Source: an uncultured Actinomycetes bacterium | Lineage (GTDB): Bacteria; Actinomycetota; JAICYB01 | Direction: 5' to 3' | Assembly: GCA_964560135.1 (NCBI GenBank) | Contig: CAZLKN010000004.1 | Location: 26,997-90,996, forward strand | DNA: 64,000 nucleotides | Shown: positions 47,284 through 57,232 of the stretch, piece after piece | How the letters are laid out: each line of letters opens with the position of its first letter | Position numbering within the stretch: the first letter of the stretch is position 1 | The notes under the pieces: generated by a model | The model's input: the letters and a program-made list of their open reading frames with translations, nothing else | The model's database searches: none | What the model was told of the DNA's origin: nothing | Made by a program: the position numbers and the translations under genes

Positions 47284-48792
47284 TCAGCGTCTCCGGCCCC
47301 GGCGGCGGCGGCGGCGGCGGGCGCCTTCCGGAGCCGGGTCCCACTCCACGACCACCACGCTGCAGGCCGGCAGCTGCACCCGCCACGGCCCGTCGCCGTG
47401 GACATCCGGGCCTTCGCGGACCCCGATCGACTCGGCGCGAGGCAGGGCACGGACCGAAGCCCCCGCCGCCGGGCCGTTGGTGTCGAGGTGATGGCCCGAC
47501 CACACCCCACTGGACCGGGGACGGGCGTGTACGTCGAGTCCTTCCGCATCGAGCTCCACCACCCGCGGATGCTCGAGGTCGCGGTTCACGAGGAAGACGG
47601 CGATCCGCCCCTCGGCCGACCGCGTGGCGACGGCATCGAGGGTCGGCACCCGCACGTCGTCGGACCCCGCTTTCGTGTGGAACACATCCGACGTGATCTG
47701 CACGGCGAGGAGCTCCGTCCCGACGTGGCGTCCGTACAGCGAGAGCAGTGCGTGGTGCACGCTCGGCCACGCCCCCGAGCGGTCCTGCACCAAGCAGGCC
47801 TCCGGGCCCGGTTCCAGAAAGGCCGCGTAGTGCGCCGCCGCCACCAGCGGCTCGCGTAGCAGCGCGTTGACGCATCCGGCGGTGGCCAGACCGGCGGTCA
47901 TGGTTCCGTTCCAGCCGGTGGCCGGCCCGCCGACGCGAACCCCCCACGAGGTCACCGCCACCCCGACCTCCCGCAGCGGAACCGCGGTCTGGACCAGGCC
48001 CAGCAGGGCACGCACCCGGTCGCGGAGGACGAGCGGCGCCGCCACGGTCCGCAGCATCGCGTCCCGGACGACCTCGGGGGTGAGGTCGTCGCCCTCCGGT
48101 TCGTCGACCCGCACCTCCAGCGGCACGGCGACGAAGTCGAGTCCCTCGCCGAGATCCACGAGCATCCGCTCGTTCCAAGGATCCTTCGGATCCGGGAAGA
48201 CCGGCATGCCCACCACGGCCTCGGGCGCCTCGGCCCGCAGCATGCGGAGCTGCGCTGCTGAGCGGGCAGCGTACGACTCGGCGTCCGGGGGCCCGGAGGA
48301 GGCAGCGGGCTTCGGATCCGCGAGTTCCCAGTGCCAGACGGGCGTCCCGTGCGCGCGGGCGTGGCGGCTCCACCCGACGAGGTCCTCAGGGGTCGCCGTC
48401 AGGCCCCCCTGGAACCAGGGACGCGCCCCCGTGGCCGCGCAGAGCTCCAGGACCTCGTCGGTGCCGAACCGGTGCGGGAGTGAGCGTCCCGAGCGCAGAT
48501 CACGGACGCTGGGCCGTGCACCGTGCTCACCGATCCCCCACGTCCAGTCATAGCCCTGGGCGTGACGCCCCGGGAAGCGGATGGACGCGGGCCCGAGACG
48601 GCGCACGAGCTCCACGACCTGGGGGGCCAGGCCGCGCTGGCTCCACATCGCCGGATGGGCGGACGGGTAGGTCCAGTCGACGGTCTGGCCGAGCACCATC
48701 CGGTTCGCTGCGGCGATCACGGTGGGCTCGATCGCCACGCGTCCGCGGAACTCGGCGGCCGAAGAGCGGCGTCCGGACGGTCGCTTCCTCAT
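47284..48792 (-). CDS. GH51 alpha-L-arabinofuranosidase-like protein with degenerate catalytic motifs
   Basis: IRFPG...YDWTWGIG...RP, FGTDEVL, C-terminal LDAVA...VNR...LPACSVVV; GNE and DEW motifs missing. Confidence 0.75.
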   Translation of the reverse strand: MRKRPSGRRSSAAEFRGRVAIEPTVIAAANRMVLGQTVDWTYPSAHPAMWSQRGLAPQVVELVRRLGPASIRFPGRHAQGYDWTWGIGEHGARPSVRDLRSGRSLPHRFGTDEVLELCAATGARPWFQGGLTATPEDLVGWSRHARAHGTPVWHWELADPKPAASSGPPDAESYAARSAAQLRMLRAEAPEAVVGMPVFPDPKDPWNERMLVDLGEGLDFVAVPLEVRVDEPEGDDLTPEVVRDAMLRTVAAPLVLRDRVRALLGLVQTAVPLREVGVAVTSWGVRVGGPATGWNGTMTAGLATAGCVNALLREPLVAAAHYAAFLEPGPEACLVQDRSGAWPSVHHALLSLYGRHVGTELLAVQITSDVFHTKAGSDDVRVPTLDAVATRSAEGRIAVFLVNRDLEHPRVVELDAEGLDVHARPRSSGVWSGHHLDTNGPAAGASVRALPRAESIGVREGPDVHGDGPWRVQLPACSVVVVEWDPAPEGARRRRRRRGRRR

Positions 48793-48986
48793 CGCAGCTC
48801 GCTCCCGGGCCGGAGCGCGTGGATGATGCTGCGTCGCGGGACGAACGTGGAGAGTTGCTTCGTCGAAGCGGTAGTTGAGGACACGAGGCTGAAGATACCG
48901 GAACTCGCATACCCGTCGGCCCGAAGACACCCCTCTTTCGAGCGCCTACACTCGGCTCACCGTCGTCCAGGTGCCGAGGAGGATCC

Positions 48987-50165
48987 ATGTCCACGTTCCG
49001 CGTCGCACTGTCCGTCAGCCCGTTCACGGAGCAGGTCCTGTCCTCGGGAGCGCGCCTCACGGACGGCGAACGCACCGCAGCGTCCGTCCGTGAGGTGCAG
49101 GAGCTGTTCCGTGAGCACGGAGCCACCGAGGTGTTCGTCAGGTTCTGCACCGCGCGCGAGACCGCACCGCAGGTGGACGCGCAGAGCCTGTCCGATGGAC
49201 TCGAACGCTGCCGCATGGCCGCCGACCTCGGACTCGCACTCAACCCGGAGTTCGGCCTGTGGGCGAACTACGGGGACGTGCTCCGTCAGCCCGGACCGGA
49301 CTTCTCCCAGTACCCCGAGCTCGAAGTCCCCGGCCCGTGGGCGGAGTTGACCGTCGACCAGATGTGCCGCGCCCTGCACGGCTACGGTGCCCTGGTCGCG
49401 CGGGAGGTGCGGGAGACGGGCGCGCAGGTGGAGTTCTGGGACATCGGCAACGAAGTCGACCTCGGGATCGCCGGCGTCGCCCCCCGGCCCATCGGAGGGG
49501 CGGAGGCGTCCGGCTACCAGCCTCCGGACCGGGTCGATCCGGAGATCGGGCGCCGCGCCGTCACCGACCTCATCCGGCTCCCCGTCGACGAGCGGATCGA
49601 CTGGCTCCAACGTCACGTGTGGCCGCACGAGGCCCGCCTGCTCGCGGCCTTCGCCGAGGGGATCACCACCGTCGTCCCCGACGCGCGCTTCTCCACCCAT
49701 CTGTCCGGTCTCGGCGCGTCGGACACCACCCTGCCGATGGCCTTCTGGGAGGCGATGCGCGACGGCGGCTACGTGCCCGACGAGATCGGCTACTCCTACT
49801 ACCCCTCGAGCCCGGCTTCCTCGCTCGACACCTTCAAGCAGACCATCACCCGGACCACGGCGGCGACCGACCGTCCGGCGTTCGTCGCCGAGTACGCCTA
49901 CGCAGCCGCACCGATGGAGGGTGAGCACCTGTTCGCCGACTGGGACACCCCGGAGGGCGACTACCCGATCTCCGAGGAGGGCCAGGCGCGGCTGCTGGAG
50001 GACCTGACCCGCTGGGGGGTGGAGAACCGGGTCACCGGGATCCGTCCCTGGGCCCCCGACCTCGCGTGGGGGCTGTGGGCACCGATGGCGCTGTTCCGCG
50101 CCGAGGGGATGACCGGGGAGGCCCGGCCGGCCCTCGACGCGATGCGCCGGGCCCTGTCGACCTGA
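48987..50165 (+). CDS. GH53-like (clan GH-A) glycoside hydrolase
   Basis: WDIGNEVD, STHLS, IGYSYYP, FVAEYAY, YPISEEGQ, WAP; GAGGAGG RBS. Confidence 0.75.
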   Translation: MSTFRVALSVSPFTEQVLSSGARLTDGERTAASVREVQELFREHGATEVFVRFCTARETAPQVDAQSLSDGLERCRMAADLGLALNPEFGLWANYGDVLRQPGPDFSQYPELEVPGPWAELTVDQMCRALHGYGALVAREVRETGAQVEFWDIGNEVDLGIAGVAPRPIGGAEASGYQPPDRVDPEIGRRAVTDLIRLPVDERIDWLQRHVWPHEARLLAAFAEGITTVVPDARFSTHLSGLGASDTTLPMAFWEAMRDGGYVPDEIGYSYYPSSPASSLDTFKQTITRTTAATDRPAFVAEYAYAAAPMEGEHLFADWDTPEGDYPISEEGQARLLEDLTRWGVENRVTGIRPWAPDLAWGLWAPMALFRAEGMTGEARPALDAMRRALST

Positions 50166-50177
50166 ACGAGGTCTACG

Positions 50178-50634
50178 TCAGGCGTCGGACAGGACCACGC
50201 CGACGGTGTGGGGCAGAACCACGAGTCCGACGTGCTCCGGGACCGAACGGCACACCTCGCCCAGCGACTCGGCGAAGCGGTGACTGGCCGCGGCGATCTG
50301 CGCGTAGTCGTGCTCGTCGTCCCGGACCCGACGGCCGGGCACCCCGGGATCCGGGAAGCAGTGGTGAAGCGAGAGCTGATCGACCTCGGAGACGGCCTCG
50401 GCCAGCATCGGCTCGTTCCAGGCGACGCCGCCGGACGGGTTGAGCATGCCGACCGCGATCAGCGTGATCTCCGGGTCGACCGCGCGCATCGCGCTCGAGA
50501 ACTCCCGAAACCGGCGGCCGTACTCCTCAGGTGGACCGTGCCCGATCTCCCACGGCCCGTAAGTCTCGTTGCCGATGAACCAGTGCTTCACACGTCCGGA
50601 CGTGTACCGCACTCACCAGCCGTGTGTCACTCAC
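50178..50634 (-). pseudogene. Internally deleted GH51 arabinofuranosidase remnant
   Basis: Coupled GTG 50634 (VSDTRLVSAVHVR), frame change, VKHWFIGNETYGPWEIGH...MRAVDP...LSLH core, then C-terminal-like LPHTVGVV. Confidence 0.7.
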
Positions 50635-51854
50635 CTCCGCTCATCCCGGAGGCTCGACGTCCTGACAGTGGCGTCTTCCCGTTTCCAGAGCTCCGGGTGG
50701 AGCGTGGTCCCTAGACCGGAGCCCTCGAGTGGACGCAGGTAGCCCTTCTCGAAGCCCGGCAGTTCGGTCACGATCTCCGGATACCAATCCGAGTAGTAGG
50801 CGCGCACCATCTCCATCAGCACCGCATTGGGCTGACTGACCGTGAAGTGCACCCCGAGCGCGAAGTTGATCGGACCGGTGCAGTCATGGGGAGCCACCGG
50901 CAGGTGGTAGGCGTCGGCCATCGCCGCGATCTTCCTCGCCTCCGTGAGCCCTCCGCACCAGCCGAAATCGAACATGATGTACCCGAAGCATTGCTGCTCC
51001 AGGAGCTCGCGGAACCCGTACTTCCCGGACACCAGCTCGGAGGCGGTCGTGGGAATCGGCGTGGAGCGGGCGAACTCGGCCAGGGCGTCGATGTTGTCGA
51101 TCCGCAGCGGATCCTCGAACCACATTGGCTCGTACTCTTCGGCGGCCCGGGCGATCTTCTTGGCCGCCGTGAGCGACCATCGGCTATGCATCTCCAGGGC
51201 GACGTCGATCCGGCCGCCGACGGCCTCTCGGATCTTCCGGAACGGCTCCAGTCCCTTGTCGAGGTCGCCGGGCAGCAGCGCGTGGCCGTCGGTGGGCACG
51301 GCGTAGGTGTCCAGCGGCCAGATCTTCATGGCCGTGAAGCCTTCCTCGAGAAGCGAGTGCGCGAGCTCGTCCGCACGGTGGAGGAAAGCCTCGAGGTCCT
51401 CGTAGGGTCCCCTGCCCGCACCGGTGTTCGACCACTCGTCGTTGTCGAGCGTCCCCGCGATCGGTCGGCGCGCGTAGCCGTACCCGCCACAGGTGTTGTA
51501 GGCGCGGACCCGTTCCCGGGTGCGGCCGCCGATCACCTCGTACAGCGGCTTGCCACAGGACCCCGCGAAGAGGTCCCAGAGGGCGATGTCGAGGGCAGAA
51601 GCGCCGCGGGTCTCGGCTCCCAGTCCCCGGAAGCGGAGGTAGTAGCCGTAGAGCTCCCGCCAGTGGTGCTCGATCCGCAGTGGATCCTCGCCCAGGAGGT
51701 AGGGCGCGGCCGTCTCATGGATGTAGGCGGCGACGGCCTCGGGCCCGAAAAACGTCTCGCCGACGCCCCGCAAGCCCTCGTCGGTCTCGATCTCAACCCA
51801 CAGCAGGTTCGGGAACGACGCCAGGCTCAACGTCCGGATCTCGGTGATCTTCAC
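50631..51854 (-). CDS. Mandelate racemase/MLE family dehydratase (paralog of 8773-9972)
   Basis: [52 protein letters not shown]. Confidence 0.92.
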   Translation of the reverse strand: MKITEIRTLSLASFPNLLWVEIETDEGLRGVGETFFGPEAVAAYIHETAAPYLLGEDPLRIEHHWRELYGYYLRFRGLGAETRGASALDIALWDLFAGSCGKPLYEVIGGRTRERVRAYNTCGGYGYARRPIAGTLDNDEWSNTGAGRGPYEDLEAFLHRADELAHSLLEEGFTAMKIWPLDTYAVPTDGHALLPGDLDKGLEPFRKIREAVGGRIDVALEMHSRWSLTAAKKIARAAEEYEPMWFEDPLRIDNIDALAEFARSTPIPTTASELVSGKYGFRELLEQQCFGYIMFDFGWCGGLTEARKIAAMADAYHLPVAPHDCTGPINFALGVHFTVSQPNAVLMEMVRAYYSDWYPEIVTELPGFEKGYLRPLEGSGLGTTLHPELWKREDATVRTSSLRDERR

Positions 51855-51921
51855 CCGCTACCCCCACAGGAGAGCTACTAACCAGCTTGGTCTCGAAGTC
51901 GCCACATCGTATCGACATTTA

Positions 51922-52159
51922 TCAGCTTGTGACCTCGGTGTGGTCGACGCGATATCGCTCGGCCCGCTCTGCGAACGCCCCGAGCAGGTCACGGCTCGGG
52001 GCGACACCGACCACCCGCCCCGTATGGAGCAGCAGACCCCAGGTCGCCGCTCCGGCGCGGAACTCGAAGGGTGAGGCGGGAGCACGCTCCATGATCGCCG
52101 GAGGGATCGCCCAGCCTTCGAGGCTCTCCTTTCCAGCGCCGCGCGGCGTCGGCGATCAT
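51922..52159 (-). pseudogene. Degraded class I SAM methyltransferase-like remnant
   Basis: MIADAARRW, frameshift, ESLEGWAIPPAIMERAPASPFEF...GAATWGL...VVGVAPSRDLLGAFAERAE...HTEV; recognised from memory only. Confidence 0.4.
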
Positions 52160-52219
52160 GGTGCCAACCGTAGCGCACGTGGAGCGAACCTTCTCGGGGG
52201 TGGCGTCGCGTGTGTGCAT

Positions 52220-52240
52220 CTAGGCGTGGACGACGCCTAG
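52220..52240. repeat. Inverted repeat CTAGGCGT-ggacg-ACGCCTAG
   Basis: Perfect 8-bp stem with 5-nt loop in a non-coding or decayed region. Confidence 0.5.
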
Positions 52241-52694
52241 GGCTTAGTGCCCACGTTGAAGGTGGACATGCTCGGTAACCTCCTCGCCACAGTGCTCCAG
52301 CTGACGCTTTAGCGGGTCTGCGTCGACGGGTCTACCCCACCCGGATCGGTCGTCAGGATCCCCCATGTTCGTCGACGGCCCTGCAGCAGAGGATCACCGG
52401 AATGAACGTCGTTCCCGCCCGCCAGCCGCCGACAAGCCCAGTTGCCGAGGTCGGCGAACATGGACGAAGCCCGGGGCCCGTGGCCGTGAAGACGGCTGCA
52501 TTCCTCCAGGGCCCTCCCCGACGGCATCCATTGCGACTCACCCCGTACCTGTCCGACCCCGGCCGATGAACCCCGATCATAGAAGCGAGCCAGCACACCG
52601 TGAATGCCCCAGTCTGAGGGGAACCTTTCCGTTCTTACCATCGGCGACGACACGCTGCTCGCCATCCCCGCCTTCCGGTCACCGGCGCGAGACC

Positions 52695-54152
52695 TCAGCC
52701 GGCAACGACGGCCAGTTCGATCTCCAGCAGGTCGGCGACTTTCTGGAGCGCCGCTCCCTGGGAGCCGACGCCGAGAGCCACGTGGTGGGTAGGAGCAGCC
52801 AGACACCAGGTATCGACGAACTCTGCGGGATCGACGCCGAAACGGATCCGGCTGTTCGTGTTCCCGATGCTCAGCGTCGGTCCGGCGACGCTTTCACCCT
52901 CCGCGGTGACCATCTTCAGCCGCCCCTGAACCGTCTGGGTGAGCCCGAGGATCGAAACCGGTCCGAGCTTCACCCGGAACTCCACCGACACCCCGAAACC
53001 CGCCTTCCCGTGGTACAGCTTCAGCTTCCGCAAGGTCGGTCGTTCGTCGGAGATCGCGATGTGGCCCGGTCCGTCGTGGCCCATCAACACGATGCCGTCG
53101 TCGAAATCCATCGCGTACAGCTCCGTGTAGCTGCCACCGGCACCGAGGCGGTCCATGACGAACATGGCTGCCGCGTTCTTGAGATCACCCTCACCCGAAC
53201 ACGGCACCCCCTGCCCGGTCAGCAGGGTCAAACCGGGGATCATGCCCGCGGTCACCCGTTCGGCCTCGTTGTCCAGACCTCGATAGTAGTACGCCAATCC
53301 GTCGAGCCCGAAGTCATCGACCAGGCGATCCAGCCCCACAGCCACACGGGCCGCCCAGTCGAGGTCGGCACCTTCGATCTCGGCGGCGATGGGATCGGAC
53401 CCCGGATCGGCGAGGACGAACGCGTCCAGGAGTTCCTCATGCTTGGCCTTGACCTCCACATCGGATGCCCCCATCACCCGTGCGATCAGGTCATCGACCT
53501 CCAGTACCTCGACGTGCACTCCGAGCTGCGCCTGGTGCTGGGTGAAGTCCGAGTACATGTCCAGCATCCCCGGGTAGGTGTGTCCGAGGAAGCCCATGCG
53601 AGCCTCCCGGAGGGAGCGAACGACGCCCGCAGCCCGCACCCACTCCCCGATCCGCTCCCATGCCCGGGCCCCGGCGGCACCGTGTTCCTCGAAGAGCAAC
53701 CCGGAGACCGACCGGAATCGTATGCCGGCCCGCGCCAAGGCATTCGAGATCTCGGGGACACAGCAAGCAGAGCAGGCTTCGAGCCACTTCCCGGTCCCCG
53801 TCTGCGGATAATCGAGCGCGGACACCGGCTGCAGGTTGAGGACCAGGGTCGGCGCTCCGGCACGTTGGATCGCCGGCAGCACTTGTGAGGACGTTGCGTA
53901 CGTCCCCACGTAGCACACCAGGAGGTCGACCCCGGCACCGGCCAAACGGTCTCCCGCCTCCCGGGCACCCTGTGGGGTGTCAACAAGCCCCGCAGAGACG
54001 ACGTCCGCGCCCATGCTGCGGAGCTGATCTTCGACGTGGCGCTGGAAGCCTTCCAGGGTCTCCCGGAGCCCGTCGAACTGCGGCCAGTACGCCGCGAGCC
54101 CGATCCCGAAGACCCCGACCTTCGCCGGCAGGACGTTCCGCTTGCGCTGCAT
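52695..54152 (-). CDS. L-fucose/L-arabinose isomerase family protein
   Basis: GIGLAAYWPQF, ACCVPE, YPGMLDMYSD, GEGDL, ELYAMDF, MGHDGPGH, IGNTNSR, PTHH. Confidence 0.88.
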   Translation of the reverse strand: MQRKRNVLPAKVGVFGIGLAAYWPQFDGLRETLEGFQRHVEDQLRSMGADVVSAGLVDTPQGAREAGDRLAGAGVDLLVCYVGTYATSSQVLPAIQRAGAPTLVLNLQPVSALDYPQTGTGKWLEACSACCVPEISNALARAGIRFRSVSGLLFEEHGAAGARAWERIGEWVRAAGVVRSLREARMGFLGHTYPGMLDMYSDFTQHQAQLGVHVEVLEVDDLIARVMGASDVEVKAKHEELLDAFVLADPGSDPIAAEIEGADLDWAARVAVGLDRLVDDFGLDGLAYYYRGLDNEAERVTAGMIPGLTLLTGQGVPCSGEGDLKNAAAMFVMDRLGAGGSYTELYAMDFDDGIVLMGHDGPGHIAISDERPTLRKLKLYHGKAGFGVSVEFRVKLGPVSILGLTQTVQGRLKMVTAEGESVAGPTLSIGNTNSRIRFGVDPAEFVDTWCLAAPTHHVALGVGSQGAALQKVADLLEIELAVVAG

Positions 54153-54173
54153 GCTGTTCCTCTCCCTCTCGCG

Positions 54174-54779
54174 TCAGCAGCCGGTCCGCGTAACGTCCCC
54201 GAATCGGGTCGATGCACAGCCGACCGCGGCCTCGACGTCTCCCTCGATCACCGCCGCCGCCAGCCTCTCGTGATACGCGACGCTGGCCATGACATCCTCT
54301 CGCTCCGGACACGTGAATGCGAACCCATGATCCACAGCCAAGGGCGACTGGAACACCTCGTACAGCGCCTCGAGCATGAGGGCGGTGGCTCGATTCCGGG
54401 ACAACCCAACGAGTGCGATGTGGAAACGGGCATCGTGATGTGTGAAAGCCCGAGAGGAGCGCGCGAACCGCATCCCATGCAGATGCGGCTGGAGAAGCGC
54501 TCGCTTGGCATCAGCGTCCGGGAAGGCTGCCGCGGCGGCCACGGCTTCCAGCTCAAGGCACTCCCGGCATGCACGCAGATCCGCGGCGTCGATACCGTCC
54601 AGATGCGTGTGCATCAGGAGCACCGACGCGAAGGCGCGTGGTCCGGTTTCGCCCGGAAGATCGGACGAGAACCCCAGACGCCAGCGACCTCTGAAATCTC
54701 CAGCCAGATGCGTCACGAGAAAGTCGCGCGCCTCCCCGCTGCCTGATGTGCGAACTTGTGAATAGACTCGATATAGCAC
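54174..54779 (-). pseudogene. GntR/FadR FCD-domain remnant without an intact HTH
   Basis: DLRACRECLELEAVAAAA, DARFHIALVGLSRN, HERLAAAVIEGDVEAA; no wHTH in frame; 5' boundary uncertain. Confidence 0.6.
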
Positions 54780-54854
54780 ATCGTACGAGAGCGGGACAAG
54801 CTCACCCCGAAAGAGCTTCCCGCGTACGACCTACGCCGTGGTAAGGAAACTGGC

Positions 54855-55613
54855 ATGACGGTGAGCGGAAATCTCGACGGCGAAGAACGGCTGGCTTGGC
54901 TGCGGGCGCAACTGAACACCGCTGGCAAGGTGCGTATCGCCACTGCGGCCTCGGAACTCAACGTCAGCGAAATGACCATCCGCCGTGATCTCCAGGAGCT
55001 CGAGGAGGCGGGGCTCTTACGGCGCGTCCGAGGGGGGGCCGTCGCCACCGGACCTCTGCCTTTCGAAGAGCGGCACCGCCGCCGCGCCCGGGCAAAGTCG
55101 CAGATCGCCGCGAAGCTCGCACCTCTGGTTCCCGAAACCGGTGCGGTCGGGATCGATGCCTCCTCGACGATGCTGCGACTGGCGTCCACGATCGAATCTG
55201 CTCGCGGCCTGTCCGTGTTGACCAACAGCATCGAAACGTTCCAGGCCCTCCAGGGCAAACAGGGTCTCACAGCGCTGCTCACCGGAGGCGAACTCGACCC
55301 TCGCACGGGCAGCCTCGTCGGGCCGCTGGCCTCACGTCCAACCAACGACCTGCTCCTCCGGAGGCTGTTCGTGTCAGCGGCGGCCGTCGACCACGAGATC
55401 GGCGCCAGTGAAGCCTGCCTGGAGGAGGCCGAGGTGAAGCGGGCGCTCGCGAGCGTCGCCGGAGAGGTCGTCCTGGCGGTCGACTCCTCGAAGCTCGACG
55501 CTCGGGCGAACGCGGTCGGGCTCGGATGGGACCTCATCACGATGTTCGTCACCGAACTGGATCCCGAAGACGTACGCTTGGACCCTTATCGGACGCTCGC
55601 CAAGATCCTGTGA
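54855..55613 (+). CDS. DeoR/GlpR family transcriptional regulator
   Basis: LNVSEMTIRRDLQELE...RVRGGA, IDASST, TNS, TGGEL, DSSK. Confidence 0.95.
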   Translation: MTVSGNLDGEERLAWLRAQLNTAGKVRIATAASELNVSEMTIRRDLQELEEAGLLRRVRGGAVATGPLPFEERHRRRARAKSQIAAKLAPLVPETGAVGIDASSTMLRLASTIESARGLSVLTNSIETFQALQGKQGLTALLTGGELDPRTGSLVGPLASRPTNDLLLRRLFVSAAAVDHEIGASEACLEEAEVKRALASVAGEVVLAVDSSKLDARANAVGLGWDLITMFVTELDPEDVRLDPYRTLAKIL

Positions 55614-55656
55614 TCGCTGGGCCCACGCGTGTGGAGATAGAGCTCCGCGACGATCC

Positions 55657-55977
55657 TCAGTCCAGGTGGAACACCTCGTCGAGCGGCCACATCTTGGGGG
55701 ACGCGTCCGGTTCGCACTCCATGTAAGGCTCGAGCTCCTTCCACCACCGTTGTGTCACCGGATCGACTTTCCGGCCTTCGCTTCCCGCCGGATTCGGACC
55801 GTCTCCCTCGCTCTCCAGATAGGCGAACAGGTCCAGCCCGCGCCGGAAGATCGAATAGTTCCTCACCCCTGACGACCGGATGTTCTCGACCAGCTCCGGC
55901 CAGATGTTGTCGTGGAACTCCTTGTACTTCTCTTCTCCCCCGGGCTTCAGGCGCATCATCCAGGCAACCCTGGCCAT
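55657..55977 (-). CDS. rhaM: L-rhamnose mutarotase family protein
   Basis: YKEFHDNIWPEL, GVRNYSIF, LFAYLE, QRWW, EVFHLD. Confidence 0.88.
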   Translation of the reverse strand: MARVAWMMRLKPGGEEKYKEFHDNIWPELVENIRSSGVRNYSIFRRGLDLFAYLESEGDGPNPAGSEGRKVDPVTQRWWKELEPYMECEPDASPKMWPLDEVFHLD

Positions 55978-55989
55978 CGTGTCCCCTTC

Positions 55990-56082
55990 CTAGCTCGACG
56001 CGGCAACCGACATGAGCAACCCGGACGGCGAGCCAGTACACCACCAACCGGTGCCAATGACCCCGATCCGGGCTCTCTTCAT
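55990..56082 (-). pseudogene. 30-residue hollowed Gfo/Idh/MocA remnant (MKRARIGVIGTGWWCT-GSPSGLLMSVAASS*)
   Basis: Clear Rossmann N-terminus; ATGA-coupled to the upstream stop; its TAG adjoins the rhaM RBS. Confidence 0.7.
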
Positions 56083-56987
56083 GCCGGAGTCCTCTCCGAG
56101 AGCTCCGTGAGGCCGAGGTCGAGTTCCGCGAGCAACTCCTCGTCGATTGCTTCATGCGGCGATCGGAGCTTCGCAGATGCCAGGATGCCCTCCCGCCGGA
56201 GCAACTCCTTGAAGACGAAGAACGCTACGTCCATGCTCCGCAAGGCAAGACTCAACAGTGGCAGGTACCGGTAGAACAGTTCCCGCGCCTCCGGGATCCT
56301 GTCGTCCTGATAGAGGCTCTGCACTCGGACGAACATCTCAGCCCAAGCGACGAAGGGGACGGTCCCGTGGCCACCGCGCCTCAGCTCGTGCACGAAGTCG
56401 ACACCTCCCGAACCCCCGAGGATGGAAACTTCGTCTCCGAGCAATCCGGCCACTTCGCCGATCTTGCGTGTGGCCTGGGGCGTCTCGATCTTGAGAGCGA
56501 TGATCTCCGGGACATCCTCAACGAGTCGAGCGAGGAAGGCCGGCGGCATCTGGACACCGGTCATGCCCGGCGCATCCTGGATCACCAACGGCAAACCGGT
56601 CCGTCGCGCCACCTCCGCGCAGCAGCCGGACACCATCTCCAGCGACGTAGCACCGGTCGGAGGACGCATCATCAGCACATCAACACCGGAATCGCGCACG
56701 AGGTCGGCCTGCTTCAGCAACGCAACCACACTGGCGCCACCGACCGTACCCATGACCTCGGATCGACCCGACGCATACGTCGTCACTGCCCGCATCGCGT
56801 CGAACAGTTCACCCTCGGTCAGCTTCGGGATCTCACTGCCGAAACCGAACCCCACCGCCCTGACCCCCGTGCCTTCCAGAAAGTCCACCTGGTTGCGAAG
56901 TCCCTCGTGGTCGATCTCCTCGTCGTCATCGAACGGCATGGACAGGATGGGCGTGATCCCGTCGAGACGCATCCTTCGTTGCGTCAT
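56079..56987 (-). CDS. DapA/NAL family class I aldolase or dehydratase
   Basis: GITPILSMPF, GFGSE, IQDAP, Schiff-base LKIE; ATG 56987 coupled. Confidence 0.9.
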   Translation of the reverse strand: MTQRRMRLDGITPILSMPFDDDEEIDHEGLRNQVDFLEGTGVRAVGFGFGSEIPKLTEGELFDAMRAVTTYASGRSEVMGTVGGASVVALLKQADLVRDSGVDVLMMRPPTGATSLEMVSGCCAEVARRTGLPLVIQDAPGMTGVQMPPAFLARLVEDVPEIIALKIETPQATRKIGEVAGLLGDEVSILGGSGGVDFVHELRRGGHGTVPFVAWAEMFVRVQSLYQDDRIPEARELFYRYLPLLSLALRSMDVAFFVFKELLRREGILASAKLRSPHEAIDEELLAELDLGLTELSERTPA

Positions 56988-57214
56988 ACGGCCGGCCCCA
57001 TCCAGATCTCGTCGATGAGATCCACAAGTTGTTGGCGCATCTGTTCGTTCTCCTTCCGGGGGTCCTCGATGTCGTCCTGCCCTCGCCACGAACTTGCAAC
57101 ATACTCCGTCGTGAGCGCTCCCTCATACGAGTCCAGGATGGCGTCTTCCAGGCGGCGCGCCGTGTCCAGGCGCATTCTGTGCCACATCGTGGAACAGGTC
57201 GCCGCCCTCAACAC
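56984..57214 (-). pseudogene. Short ORF, probable remnant of a sugar-phosphate isomerase/epimerase TIM barrel
   Basis: SYEGALTTEYV resembles the GYxGxxxxE C-terminal motif; stop ATGA-coupled to the DapA-like gene. Confidence 0.45.
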
Positions 57215-57232
57215 GTGTGACCTGCTCGAAGG

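Noticed and set aside
47301-47320. GGC repeat
   Set aside because: Encodes the poly-Arg C-terminus; not a separate repeat element
52220-52240. IS or MITE end suggested by the CTAG-flanked inverted repeat
   Set aside because: No transposase and no second copy seen; kept only as a hairpin
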